Origin: Lama glama
Lineage: Eukaryota
NCBI GenBank assembly: GCA_028534125.1
Contig: CM052845.1
Coordinates: 5,208,001 to 5,272,000, forward strand
Direction: 5' to 3'
Length of the DNA: 64,000 nt
Shown here: positions 25,601 to 38,829 of the stretch, piece after piece
Layout of the letters: the number at the start of each line of letters is the position of its first letter
Numbering within the stretch: position 1 is the stretch's first letter
Program-made: the position numbers and the translations under genes
Notes under the pieces: model-generated
Databases searched by the model: none
What the model was told of the DNA's origin: nothing
What the model saw: only the letters and a program-made list of their open reading frames with translations

Positions 25601-25685
25601 ATTTTATAATATATTTATATTATAAATAATATAATATATAACAATATATTTCATATTTTTTATATTTAGTATATATTTTCTATTT
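25597..25685. repeat. AT-rich low-complexity tract
   Basis: Almost pure A/T, TA-rich. Confidence 0.8.
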
Positions 25686-26268
25686 CCCATGGTGAGCATA
25701 ACCTGATTCAGGCCACACTATCCAGAACGTGATTTCTCAAACTCTCTGGTCCCAGCCTCTCCAAACCCAGCTCCTATCTCTGTTCTTGACTGTGTTCTCC
25801 TCACTTTCTCCCCGTTCCCTGCTTTCATCATTTCCGTCCATAGTGCACCTTTTACAATGACCCTTGGCTTCTAACCTTGGGCCCCTCCAGGTACGCTTTT
25901 CTTCTTTGGTTTCCTCTCCTTACACATGACCTTCCTGTTCTGGCCTGGCAACTGGGAAGTTGTATTCTACACATACTGTTTCCATGGAAAATCCCACATG
26001 GATTGGCAAAAGCTTATATACAGACCCCAGAAACATAAAGGGTGTCTACCTTGACTCTCCATCCAGGACACCCTTTAAAACCACACCTACTCTGTCTATC
26101 CAACAACAGGGACCACAGGAACGCCTCATTAGCCCCGAGAGACAAGCAGAGCCTGTCACATGACCACAGAGCCCAGAACCTGATGGGCTGAGAATACAAG
26201 ACCTTGAATGGATTTAAATAAATACATTTTTTAAAAAATCCTATTTCTTGACAAGGTATCTCATTTTC

Positions 26269-26420
26269 TTTTTTTAAATGTCTTTTTTAATAACTTTAAT
26301 TTATTGTAGTCTATATATAATATTATTTTTAATTTTTTTAATGGAGGTACTGGGGATTGAAGCCAAGACTTCATGCATGCTAAATACACTCTCTACCACT
26401 GAGCTATACCCACCCCTACC
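26269..26420 (-). mobile_element. camelid tRNA(Ala)-derived SINE (vic-1 type)
   Basis: Minus strand GGGGTGGGTATAGCTCAGTGGTAGAG..TTAGCATGCATGAAGTCTTGGCTTCAATCCCCAGTACCTCCA plus A-rich tail; TSD CTCATTTTC at 26260-68 and 26421-29. Confidence 0.92.
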
Positions 26421-28969
26421 CTCATTTTCATTGAAAATTATGACTTGCAAAGATGCTCATGAGAATTAAGCATTGCAAATTATAAGTCTCTGATTTCTTT
26501 GCTGCGACCGCCAGCTCATTACTGCATCAAAATATAGCGATCTTTTTCTGTAGTACCTCCTCTTGGTAATCCAGGGTCGTGATCATTACAAAACAGTAAA
26601 AACACTCCTGCTCTCAACAATCTATCACATCAGAAACTACTTCATCAAGGGTAATGAGGCTCCTGACACCAACAGTAAGTTAATACCCTCTCGGGGAGGA
26701 AACAGTAAGAACAGGAGGGGCTCAGTGACCACAAAGCTCACACCAAGTCAGCAATGGAGCAGAAGTCAGTCTTAATCATCAGCTATTCCTTATTCCAAAT
26801 TCCTGGTACTCTGGAATTAATTTTTATATGGGTTAAGTGGTTGCTTTTTTTTTTATCTCAGTCTTCATGGTCTGGGTTGAAGGTTTGCCACTTTTCTTTC
26901 CTGTTCATTACAATAGTTCTCTCATATTATTTTGAGAACTTGTCCCCATCCCAGAAACAGTCTCACCTGATGGTTCTAAAAATCTGATGTGTGCATGTGA
27001 TTATGAAAATATGACAAAAATTCCTTTCCTTTGTTCTTTCTCTAAGAACATAATCTCAAAGATAAGGTCAAACTTAGTATATGACAGAAATGCAGTATCT
27101 CCTCCTGTTAATTCTTGTTCTTCACATCCCTTTGCCTCACTAGATCCTATAGACTTGCTCGTACCTTTTATGCATGTTGAAATCCATGTTAAATATTTTA
27201 GATGATAATCTATTAGCTACAGAGGCATTATTTGCCTTGTTCACTAGACTTCCTTGGCACAACATCATGCCAAAATATAATGAGCTCAATTTGTCAATGA
27301 CATAACTTTATATTATTAGATCCTGATTTGAATATTGCCAAAAGTTATCATTTTCACTCTTGTTCTCTACAACTTCTCTCACTGTTGACTTTAGAAGGAG
27401 CTGAAGGTCATGAGTTTCCTTACTGATTCAGACCTAAGAGGATACTGTGGGAACAGGTACCCATGTCCCACTTGTTAATGATGGTAACGACCCTAAAATG
27501 AACAGTACTGCAGGGTTCAAGTTCTAGATTTAGACCACATCATTAAATAATAATTTTGTACTTCAAAGATGAGATCAAATGGCTAATAGGAGACCACAGT
27601 CTATGAAGAAAAGCTGTTTGGCTTTTCATTTTTCTTTTTTAATTGGAACACCCACACGTTCTTTCCTTTGTGCAGATGCTGTACTATGATTCACTGTTGG
27701 CAGAAGGGACTCCAGATAGTTCAGCAGGTGTACGTGGTACATACGAATCAGTTGACTTCAATTATTTTCTAGTAAGAAATAAATGACCCAACTATGGCTG
27801 AAACTCTGGATCCCTTGACTATAGTTCATGGGAATCAGAAGAGCAAATTATCTGAGTTGTCTTTGAACTACGACTTTATCTTGCTAACTTGGGAAGTAAA
27901 GATACAGAGAAACGCAAAGCCTCGCTTTCTACGATGCATATGTAAGCAGATTTCTTGACTCTAGATGAAAGATAAAAGAAGTCCAAACCCATTGTCTATA
28001 CTTATTCCTGGTTTGCCTTCATTTATAATTAACCAGGAAGTGCCTACACATTGCCAATAGATAAACAGGGCAAAAAGACAACTGTAGATAAGAACGTGGC
28101 AATTGTACTTTTGTATAATTTGTAAAGAGAGCATTTGTCTCTACAGCATTTGTTTCAAAGATTAGGATCCGGAAACAAATCCTAATAGAAACGAATGCAC
28201 TAGACCAGTAAACTTCTCCTTGTGGCTCTCCTTCCCCTTAACATGAACATTAAGCATTAAAAAGACTTAATAAAATTTATGAAAAAAAGTAGTATTTGTA
28301 CAATGTTGAAGGTTCTGAAGGACATATAATTGAACATATGCCAACTCAAGCTCCTGCCCCCTCCCCGCTCCAACACACCAGAGCTCAAAACTAGGAATTT
28401 CAACAAGCTGAAGCAATTTGATCAACGTACCACGGTCTGAAGAAATCAACTATTTTCTACCACTGGCTTGTGTGGTCCTTATTTTTAATTACACCAGCAA
28501 CTTGAATATTTTTGCACTGTGTATAAAAGTAATGGAGTCTACATGTGATTATGTATAGAGTTACAGCTAACCAGGAAGGCACAGATATAAGACACTTTCT
28601 CTTGATAAACAGTTACTTTCAAAGAGTCTATTTTTTGTTTGTTTATAAGCTGCAGGTGAAATCAGACAGACAGAAACATCATTAAGATCTGCTAATGAAT
28701 CATCTCCCTATTTGCACTGGGAATAAGTGTTTGAACTCAATGCTACATCTATGTTTGAAGAAATGCAATTATTGGTTAACAAATGCATTACATTTAGGCG
28801 GTATGGCTGGATGAATACTAACTAGAAGCAAGCACTGGGTCTGTTAGGCTAGAAAAATACAGTACATCAATGGCAATACTCCATTTTCACCTAAGCAAAT
28901 ACACATTTATATTGTTATGTTAAGGATATTTATCAAGTCAGAGTTATTGCTTTAAAGTACTTGCTCTTT

Positions 28970-29140
28970 TTCACTGGTAACATGTTTATTGTAAAAAATG
29001 TAGAAAATAAAGGACAAATAATCATCATCAATGATCTCATCATTCAGTGATAACCACTGTTACAATTTTGGTGTTTAAGTTATCTATCTTACTCTAGATA
29101 CACAAACTCATTTCTATGCACACATGTACCCATATTTGCA
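28970..29140 (-). mobile_element. L1ME4-like 3' fragment
   Basis: CATGTTTATTGTAAAAAAT.TAGAAAATA...TCTCATCATTCAGTGATAACCACTGTTACAATTTTGGTGT. Confidence 0.7.
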
Positions 29141-29464
29141 GCAGAGACAGCGATATATGTACACATTAGAAGGACTGGTCTTTCAGTTCTACAATACCAT
29201 CATTCAATGGTCCCCCCCCCCCAGCGCATTAATAACAAATAGCAATCATGACATAGGTGTCCATGGTTTTACAATCCTGATTATTTCAATGACTGAGCTG
29301 AAGCAGTGTATTAGTAATACTGTCCAAACTAAAGAGGACGTCCGGGAAACACGGAGAGAGTTAACGGTGGCGGTTGTAATTGACACACAGCCACCTTCCC
29401 ATGGTTTGGCCATATCCTCTCTGTGTTTTATTCCACAGCCTTTCTTGATCTGAACTGTTTCTCA

Positions 29465-29590
29465 GCTTCATTTATCCCCTAGTGATCTGAGAGTTTAAAG
29501 CATAGATTGCTTCATTTGCCTTTTCCAAACCTAGCATAATACTGGACACACTGTAAGTGCTTCATTTGCTAAATTGTATGTCAATGTTCT
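29465..29590 (+). mobile_element. L2 3' end
   Basis: CCTAGCATAATACTGGACACACTGTAAGTGCTT terminal motif. Confidence 0.6.
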
Positions 29591-32176
29591 GCATTAAATA
29601 AAAACCTGACTTAACATTACTCGAGTCATCTTTTATTTCACATGTTCTCATGTCATTTACACTACTCTATGAGTCAAGAGTCTTTACTCAACTAAACAGA
29701 GGGAAGATACTATTGGTTTAATTTCCCAAACCCTGATTAAAGGAAATACCTAATTTGAGAATCTTTGGGTAAAAGGAATTGTAAGTCGCCAATCCTTGAG
29801 TAAAAGAAATACACATAAACACACGTATATTCCTAAAATAAAACTGTAAAAAGTAAAATGCTTTTAAGGAATTAAAGCCCTGAAGGAACACAGACCTCAC
29901 TCTTATCTAGGTCCAGTGAGCGGGCTAAAGGAAAAAGGGAGGTGGGTCTAGTCTTTTCAGTGTCACATCTGTCTTGACCTAGCAAGAGTCTGGGAGGGCT
30001 GAAAAGAGAACAGAAGTCTCAATATAATAATCCGCTCCTTTACCTGGGCATCATGAATGTTCTGAAGAATGCCCATATCTACTTGGAAGCGTGCTAGTTC
30101 CAAGACCCCCCTCCATGATGCTCTTGCAAAGAAGCAAGACCCCAGGCTTTCTGCCCAGGAAAAACACTTTTCTTAGACGACATGCTGAAAGGAAGAGTGG
30201 AAATACCAAAAACAAGCTATACTTAACCAATTTTTTTTTTTGATGGAGAAATCATAAGATTCCTTGCACATGGGCTCAAGGAACCTTACGATTTGCATGC
30301 ACTTCTTTCTCCAGTTTCTTTCATTGTTCTGTTAAAGGGTCACATGGAGGCTAAAACTGCAAACCAGGCAGCGTGTGTGCGTCTTTTTAATAGAACACAA
30401 CACATACCCAGTGGAGTCCATAATTGATTAATGACGGAGACTGGGCTGCTGCTTCAGCTTCTTCCAAAACAGTAAATTAAGCCCAAATAAAGGCCCTGTC
30501 TCACCCACCCAGAGGAAATTGCTCTATGTAGCTAGCTCAGGGAAGCTTGTCCAAGGGCTCCAAGGTGCCCGGGAGAGACATTTATATTAAGAAAGCAAAA
30601 TCAGATTCAAGTAGGAATAAGAGGTAGGGGGTGAGCAGGCTGCAATGTGCGCGCGTGCATGTGTGTGAACTCTCAGAACACTACGAGTGAGAAGCATGAA
30701 CACAGGGAGGGGATACTGTAACTGCCCTGTCGGAAAGTCATTCTCTGATTGCTTGGATTCTTAAAGTGCTCAAATAGATCCATGGGCTGGAGGGACAAAA
30801 ACCTTTATTTAGAGTCCCTAGATATTATTATATTTATATCAGCTATTCTGAAAAGAATTCGATGTCCAGAATTCCACTAATGTACGGTTCCGAGTCTCAC
30901 TGCTTGATATGGGTCTATGTCAATGGAAATTCCAAGCATAGAACATTTGACTTTTTTGCTGATTTCACCTCACTGAGATTACATATCCTGAAAAGAAGAG
31001 CAGCAGTAATAGAAACAAGTGAGAATACACTTAAAAATCTTTGTTTTGATGGAGAAATGGTACAGGTGGGTTCAAGGAATCTTATGCTTTGCCTGCATCC
31101 GTGCATGGGCACCGATGTGATTAACCACAGCCCTTCAAGATGCTCTGAGAACTTTCACAGGAAGGGAGAAAATGCTATGCTTGCTCGAACTAGAATCTTA
31201 GACGTCCTTCCTCAGTGAGACCAGAAATCGGCTGTAACAGGTAGACCACCTGAAGTGAGGTATGTTATAGCATGAGCTCACCGACTGCTCACTTAGTCAT
31301 TTTCAGTCTGATAAATTAGCCCGGAGAGCTTTAAAAATGCTCAAAATGGTGCTAGGTTGTGGACCCTGGATCCAGCTTTCCATTCTGAAGCCTATAATCA
31401 ACTCTAATTCTCAAGGTCTTGTAAGTATCTAGGGGACTGGAGGGAGGGAGAGGCTGTTGAATCAGCATAAACCAATACAGTTACAGTGAAGACAAACTTC
31501 CTGGTCCCCTGTGGATGGGCTACTGACATCAAAGATGCTGAGAAGAAATAAGGGCTTTCTTTAACCACTCACAATCTCAATCTTTCTAGTTCTTACTGGT
31601 AAGGATCAGGAGATCAAAATCTCTGCCTCTATACAAAACTAAGTTTCAACCCAGTAGAGCCTGGACTTGTGATGATATGTTAACAGTTACAAATGCCCAG
31701 GATTCGCTACAGTTGCTAATCCTGTGGAGGGACAAATTTGGAATGTGCCAAGTGAAACTGGGCAGGAGCCAGTCTTTTACCTCGTGAGAAACACAGCAGA
31801 TGGCTCAACACCTGGGACAGCTTTACTGTCCCTCCTCGTTTCCTGCAGGTATTGAGGGAAATGATGGGCTGCATTTGAAAGAAGGTCTGAGTTATTATTC
31901 ACCTGATAATGACCAGGGCTTTGTTCTTTATTATCTTTCAATTTTGCTGATATAGCAAAAGTAAAATGGTAAAAGGACCTCTCCAGACTTCATTCTCCTC
32001 CCCAATCTTTGCTGACCCCTTAGCATTCCAAAACACTTTCAGACATGTAGAAGCCATTAAATGATTCTGAAGTCATGTAAGGACAGATCTGCTTCAACAA
32101 TCTCAATGGGAGAGCTTCTAAAGCAGAGATGGGCTTCATGAATAACAAAAGCCAGTAGATGAAGGCAGAATTAGGG

Positions 32177-32397
32177 TCGTGGTTCTCAACTGAGGGGCAG
32201 CTGTGTCCTCCCCACCCCCTCCGGGACATTTGATAATATCTGGAGACATTTTTAGTTGTCACTGGAGGGCAGTACTAGCTGCATCTATTGGAAAGAAGTC
32301 AGGGATGCTATTAAACATCCCAGTGTGCTTAGGAAACCCCTCTACAACAGATTTACCTGACCCCAAATGTTAATACTGCTGAGCCTGAGAAACCCTG
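32177..32397 (+). mobile_element. MER20 (hAT-Charlie MITE), near full length
   Basis: GTGGTTCTCAACTGAGGGGCA..GGGACATTTG..AATATCTGGAGACATTTTTAGTTGTCAC..CAGGGATGCTATTAAACATCC..CCCCAAATGTTAATA.TGCTGAG..TGAGAAACCCTG; 8-bp TSD AATTAGGG/AATTAGTG. Confidence 0.93.
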
Positions 32398-34796
32398 AAT
32401 TAGTGAGCCTAGTAACTCACTCTCCCACAGACAAGAATTATTAGCAGGATGACCAGAAGGAACATGTCTCTTTCATTAAAGATGCCTTCCTATCATGTTT
32501 CTAAACCTGAGATTTTGAACCACTCACTGGGGGTTAACGATTCAACAAAGGACATATATTTTACCAGATTTGGGGCAGGGTAGAGAGAAGAGGAAAAGCA
32601 ACTGCTTGTAACTAAAGATAGGGGGAGAAAAGTAATTTGTAATTAGGCAAAGATGTATCTTCATGAGCTCAGTGCATCATTAAAATGTCTTATAGGTGCT
32701 TAATGCCTCATTAAAATTAAATCTGTACCTGCCAAAAAACAGTACTTTCCAGTAATCTGCAGAGTATGTATTAATTAAATTTTGCAAATGCTTTGAGATT
32801 AGCCAGGAACCCAGCTAGGGAAGCAATCTGTTGATATGCCTCCTCTCCCGATTGATTTGATGAGTAGACTGAACTGTTCCGGACTTAGTGGGATCCAGAG
32901 GAACACTTAAGCCAGGGCCACTTGGTCTCTCAGGGAAAATATAATCCCCCTGGTTAAAGCCTGTGAATAAATCTAGGTGGTGAACTAGGGTTGTCCATTG
33001 AAAGACCTGGGGTAAGTGAGAAGGCAGAAAAATCTCAAAAAAAAAAACCCCCCCAAAAAATCATCTCTTGTTGCTTCTGCTGAGTTTATGTGATAAGAGC
33101 ACTGTGAAAACTCAAGAGTGTGACATCAACTATTAGTAACATACAGACAAAGAGAAAAGACACAGAAAATTGAAAAACCCAGGTCTCAATCCCAGGACCT
33201 GGGTTCTAACAATTTTCATGAATACCACAGCCATAAAACGAGGCCAGGCAGCACCACTCCTGTTAATTCTTACAATGTCAATGCGAGCATATCATATTAA
33301 GATTTGCCATTTCTACAGCTCTGCAAGGGTAAAATCAACTCCAGGAGTAGTAGGGTCAGAGTCTCACCCAGAGGAGATGTTATTCTAACACCAGTGAGCC
33401 AGGGGCAAGTTTGAAATCTCAGACAGAAACTGTTAACTAATGGGAATGGGCTTTGCAGAGATGTCCCAGCTCCTTGCTCTTGGCCCCGTGCTTTGGAATG
33501 CTGGAGAGTATTTTCAGGGTACCACACGCACCCGGGAAAGGATCTGGAGTAGAAAGTTCCCTGTGAGATGGTGTCAGCCTTTTACATTAAGATGATAAAA
33601 ATCTTAGACAGCATTGGAGTTGGGCTCTGTTAGCCTGGAGTTTCAGGTAAAGGATATTGTTTTGAAGGTCTATCTACTTAGAGGTCCCATCCCAGTTCTC
33701 CCAAGTAACCCTGAAATAGCACTATCTCTGCACTGTCTCTGTGAATGGAACCCAAGAATTGGAGTCCTAGCTTCTCCTTTCTTTTCTATGAAGTAATACA
33801 GAATGTGGTATACTGTCATAAGATATTATAAACTGTAGAATATGACAATCTCTAATGAAGGCTAACATTTCTTTTAAAATGAAGGGTGTATGTGTTCTCA
33901 TGAAGGGAGACATAATTGTGCCTCTGCCGGCCATGGACTTAGATAGGCCATGGTCACCATCCCAGTGACCTCTGACTCCCCAAAAGCTGTAGATTCTCTT
34001 TTGTTCCCCCCCACACACCCCCAATTGTCAGTAAAATACATTGTTTTTGCCATAATCCTGTTGGCCTAAAATTGAAGAGTGAATAATTAGAAGATTTTGG
34101 CAGCTATGAAATACTGCTTAGTAGATTTCACTTTCATATCAAATGAGATGAATATAAAAAATTCAGCTTAGTCATATACATATTATTGATATGTATCTAT
34201 TATATGTGTGCATATTTTTTTTCTAGAAATGTAAGATACTTGTCTCTTTGAGAAACTTTCTAAAGCCTAAACTGTATCTTGTGAATGTTTGTATGAAACA
34301 ACTTACAGCTCTAGTCTTTGATTGGACCCAAATTGAATCCATTTTCAGATCTCAAAAAGGCCATCTTACAAGTAAAAAGAAACCCAAAGACATGCTCTAG
34401 GGGGTTAAAGTTATAGTTTAGAGAATTTTAGAGAGAGAATGAGTGAAAGAGATAGAGAGAGGCTCAGAGAACTAGGTACAAAGGACTAAAGACAACTAAC
34501 CGGGAAAAAATTCTAAATCTATTCCATAGAAAATATTCTTTTACTCATATAGTGAGACTTGGATATATTTTAAAATTTATAATCTGTTAAATAGGAAATG
34601 TTTATAGATCAGAATTTAAGAGACATGAGAGTTAAGATGGTAAGTGTGAGAGCATCAGAGCTTCCAGGGATATCATACTTTGGAAGACATTATTTGGAAT
34701 CTGTAGAATTTTTAGTGTTAACCTTTAACTGCTGTATCCTTCCCAGTCACGTTTCTCCAGGCAAGTCGGTGATGATGGAAGGTGTCTAAGATTCTT

Positions 34797-34896
34797 TTCT
34801 TTTCTTCCTTTATTTTTTTGATGGAGGTACGGTGATTGAACTCAGGACCTTGTGCACACCAAGCATACGCTCTACTACTGAGCTATACCCCCACCC
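34797..34896 (-). mobile_element. camelid tRNA(Ala)-derived SINE (vic-1 type)
   Basis: Reverse A box (CTACTACTGAGCTATACCC) and B box (GATTGAACTC); perfect 12-bp TSD TCTAAGATTCTT at 34785-96 and 34897-908. Confidence 0.93.
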
Positions 34897-35387
34897 TCTA
34901 AGATTCTTAACACCAGAGCTTCTGGCTCATGTAGCGTCTCTCCTAATGACTTTGTGTCATACTCTAAAGATCAAAGTCTGGAACCTGCATTGGATCTACT
35001 AGTCCATTTAGCAAGTTCATCTTCAGTTACACTCTTTTGGGCTCATGAACTCTTGAAGAGCTATATACTTTCACTCCATTATCCCAAGTGGAGAGATCAC
35101 AATTAGATCAGGATATAAAAATTAAAGGCCAGGGAGGGCATGAATCCTCAATTTTGTGTAACCAAGGAACTTTGAGAGCTGGAAAATATTTGGGTCTAGC
35201 TTGGGTTTACCCTTGCTACACATAAAATAAGAATTCAAGCATAAGTGAAAACTGACCTTGTATAATTGGTAGATATCACTATTTTCAATCTCTTTAATTT
35301 CTTAATTTTATGAATTTTACGCAGTATCTTAAATATTTTTCAAAACAACAAAATGAACCATGTACATAATTTTAAATGTCAAAAAAT

Positions 35388-35481
35388 CTTTTTCTTTCCT
35401 TAACAGAGGCACTGGAGATTGAACCCAGGACCTCATGCATGCCAAACACGCACTCTACCGCTAACCTATCCCCCCCCCCAC
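35388..35481 (-). mobile_element. camelid tRNA(Ala)-derived SINE (vic-1 type)
   Basis: GAGGCACTGGAGATTGAACCCAGGACCTCATGCATGCCAAACACGCACTCTACCGCT; degenerate 15-bp TSD TAAATGTCAAAAAAT/TAAAAGTCAAAAGAT. Confidence 0.9.
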
Positions 35482-35958
35482 TAAAAGTCAAAAGATTTTA
35501 CATGATTTAAATAAAAAAGAGAGGTCTCCCTCCCCACTTCCTCCCTACCTTTGGGTTTTTTATCTTCTAGTATTTGTATCATTATTTTAAAATAATGTGC
35601 TTTTCTGGGTATTAACTAGATTTTAGTTTTTAGTAATTACCTATGAGTTTCTTGCTATTGAAGATGAGGCTTTAGTATCATACTATCCCTCGGCAACACA
35701 CTTCTCAATCACCATCCTACTTATGTAATAAATCTATCACACATTTGATTAAATTAATATTCAAGGTTTACAGTGCTGGAAATATTTAGCTTGGTTTGCA
35801 TGTAAGTTAGTTAATTTGCTGTGATTACTTTTCTTTCTTGATACATTTTCCCCCTGGAGTTTAATAATGCCATTAATTTTTGAGAGGGGCAATTCTTCTT
35901 CCAAATTCAGTTCCAAAAGAACTATAAACCTCTCAGTGTGTACAAACGAATTAGGTGA

Positions 35959-36434
35959 TGTAGGGGTTCAGAACGAGCCTCCTCAAATGTGGCACGGCTG
36001 CATGAGGATTACTTTGAGCTAAAGGCAGTGGAGATCCTGCGGGCTCAGGGAAACTACTGCCCTCCCTTACCTACCGAGAATTTGAGGCGGGGATTTTTTT
36101 TCCCATAAAGAGCTGTCATCAGAAATAAACTTTATCTAGGTGGCTCCATCTCTAAGGCAAGGCAGACATCTCATTACCAAACATCTGCTCCTCCTGTCAT
36201 CCTGGGAGTGACCCTCCCGTCCCTGGAAGCCCCAGCCCTTCTCCCACTCCTTAGCTCAGGAGGGCATACGGACCTCATTTTACCTTTGTCTCTGAACCTC
36301 TTGTGGATGTGGGTGAGGTTCCCAGACTTACACAGTTCAATTTTATTTTCTCCTGTTCATCTGCCTCATGTCAATTTAATTCTTAGACCACACAGAAGAA
36401 CCTGAAGGGTGGAGGGGAGTTTTCCTTCCTGACT
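35959..36434 (+). mobile_element. ERV1-class solo LTR (MER34-like)
   Basis: Starts TGTAGGGGTTCAGAA..GCATGAGGATTACTTTGAGCTAAAGGCA; ends TTTTCTCCTGTTCATCTGCCTCATGTCAATTTAATT..GAAGAACCTGAAGGGTGGAGG; flanks GTGA/GTAA fit a decayed 4-bp TSD. Confidence 0.82.
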
Positions 36435-37014
36435 GTAACCTACAGTTCCCACTTTCTTCTTCGAGACCTTCTTTCGGGATCTCCCTGACTCTCCATTCTC
36501 GTCCTGGCTACCTGCCTCTAGGCCTGCCGCCGCACAGACCATTTCCTTGGTCACGGTCCTGGGATGTCATCATCGTTCTCAGAATTCCATTTACTTCTCT
36601 CTTATAATGGATCCAATATGGGTTTGAAATTTTTTTATTCCTCCTTACATTTGAGGTCTGCTTTGGATACATAATTCAAAGTGGGAAGAATATTTTTATC
36701 ATGACCGCTATAGCACCTTTCCTGAGTCTGACCTATAGGAGACATAACAAATGTTAGTTAGAAAAGGGAAATAAACGGAAGTAAGGATAACATGTATCCT
36801 CTTGATCACTTTTACCTTGTCTTAACTAGAACACGTTCGGCATTAACTCAGAGCGTTCACTGCAGATCTCTTCACCTCCTCACGACACTGTGACTGAGGC
36901 TAGTCTCAGGGTACATAACATTAACCTCTCACCCCTTTTGTACTAGAGGACAAACAACAAACCAAAAACAAATTAATAAGTAAAAGATACAGAGGATCTA
37001 GTCCATTCTTGTAG

Positions 37015-37085
37015 CTGCCATTCACTTAGTAAAACTGAGCAGCTACTATGTGCTGGAGACCATTTTCAGGCATTGAATCTTTACT
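37015..37085 (-). mobile_element. L2 3' end fragment
   Basis: CATTCACTTAGTAAAACTGAGCAGCTACTATGTGCTGGAGAC. Confidence 0.6.
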
Positions 37086-38681
37086 CAGGGAATTCTTTCT
37101 GTACCTAAACTGGTCTTCACAAGCACACATTACCTATTTTAGCTGATTCTCATTATCATCTTTCTCAAAACCTAGCATTTAAGCTACTATGCCTTATGGC
37201 TTAATTGCTGTGGAACAAGTGTTTGCTCTCCAAACAAAAATATGTGCAGGAAATGTAGGTGAAATATCTTCGTTCACTGTGGTGGATTAAAAAGCAAATA
37301 ACTGCCTTTTCTTCAAGATAAAAAAACAGTGTGAAAAATCTTAAATTGGTACATATGTAGTTCTTGAAACAAAAAATATGAAGAAAAAGACTCCATGCAA
37401 GGAAGGCCCACAGGCTTTGTCATTTTTTCCTTCCCATCCTTCTCAAGACCTAGACAGCACTGTCTCCAAGGCGCCCTAGATGGCAAAGGTCATGAGTGGT
37501 CCCGAATCACAAACATAATGAAGATGGGTATGGTCCACCATGTTGTACATTGGTTGGCTGATTCATGGAAATAAAGAGCAGGGTCAGCAAAACTCACAGT
37601 TCAAAAAGCAGCTCCTGAGTAATATCAGAGGCCTCTTAAAAGCGTCCTCATTACCAGGCAAGGCTGAAGAAGCCCTCTCCTGGGGAATGGAGCACACCGT
37701 TCCCCCCTCTTCGATTTAAACCTGCGTAAAATTCCAATTAGCATCAAGAGTCACCAATGCAACAAAGTAGGCAGAATTCTCCTGCTAAGATATGATCAGC
37801 ATGTGTTTATTTTGCCATCAGGGTTTAATATACTGAGACTGTCCAGCCCCAGACGCCCCCAGACCAATTAGGGAGAGCTGGGAAAATGGGAACCCTAATC
37901 CCATCGGTCACATTCATCTCTGAAATGGGCTCATTAGCACCGGCTCCCTCTCAATTTTCCAGATGTATTATAAAGATAAAAGGGCTACTCCCCACGTGCT
38001 CTGGGGAGGTTAGCTGGAAGGAGAGGCAGAATAGCACAGAAACTCATTTATTTTATGCACCTGGGAACCGTGGCCTCCACGTGACAGCTAAGTAAGACAT
38101 TGTTTTTGACTGGTGTGACAACTGAACCTGAGTTGAGCTGGAGTCCATTAGTGACTCAATCATGAAGAAAAGGGGGTGATTATGACAAATAACAAAACAG
38201 GTAAACTCCTCCCAAGTACAAACCTGTTTGTGGACTTGACACAAGAGCAGTGTGTGCTATGAATAAGGAACCATGTTAGGAAACCAGTGATCAGACTTTA
38301 CCCAGAAAGCTAAGCAGTTAATTGTACGATGTGCTTGGGTGCAGTTACTGGCTATTGACTTTTCTGTGTTTCAAACATTCCTTCCTTGTCAGTTGCATCA
38401 GAGGGGATTTATTAGAGTTACCTCCATAGGAAGTCAGAGTGACTGCAGGAGCAGACCTCAGGCAGAGATGTAGACCTGCTCCCGCTAGGGAATAGGGCCT
38501 GTGAAAATGACTTGTGATTTATCGGCTGTCAGAGTCAATACACGGGAATGTTGCTGGGGTTACCTTCACTGGTACTGGGGTTACTTGCATCTGCCGAGTT
38601 AGCAGGAGTGCAGCCAGCGTCTCCAAAACGGGTGGATGGGCACGATACACAAAGACCTCAGGTGAACGGGAGGAAACGACA

Positions 38682-38698
38682 GGCCTCTAGGGGGCCCG
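38682..38698 (+). promoter_or_regulatory. candidate CTCF site
   Basis: GGCCTCTAGGGGGCCCG, a strong match to the CTCF core; binding untested. Confidence 0.5.
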
Positions 38699-38829
38699 AT
38701 GGGAATCCTCACACCTACAGGCACCCTCCTTGGCAGTGGGATTCCCTCACTGGAATGAGAAAGCCAGGGAAGGATTCTGTGGTGTCACCTGCTCTATGAG
38801 GCAGTCCGTGTACAAGTCTTCACCTAAAT

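Larger units (their letters stand above)
35300..36650 (-). mobile_element. HAL1/L1M-like fragment carrying nested SINE and LTR insertions
   Basis: T-rich; 35820-35862 reverse-complements to a close relative of 24605-24650 (CTCCAGGG.AAA...AAAAGTAATCA), so same family in opposite orientation. Confidence 0.55.

Noticed and set aside
25725-26200. Possible old hAT-type DNA transposon (GATTTCTCAAACT...GCTGAGAATAC)
   Set aside because: Ends are only suggestive; no family or TSD could be assigned by eye.
31849-31884. 36-nt + strand exon candidate (GIEGNDGLHLKEG) after a strong pyrimidine tract
   Set aside because: Donor AAG|GTCTGA is weak, it opposes the inferred host strand and the peptide is unrecognised.
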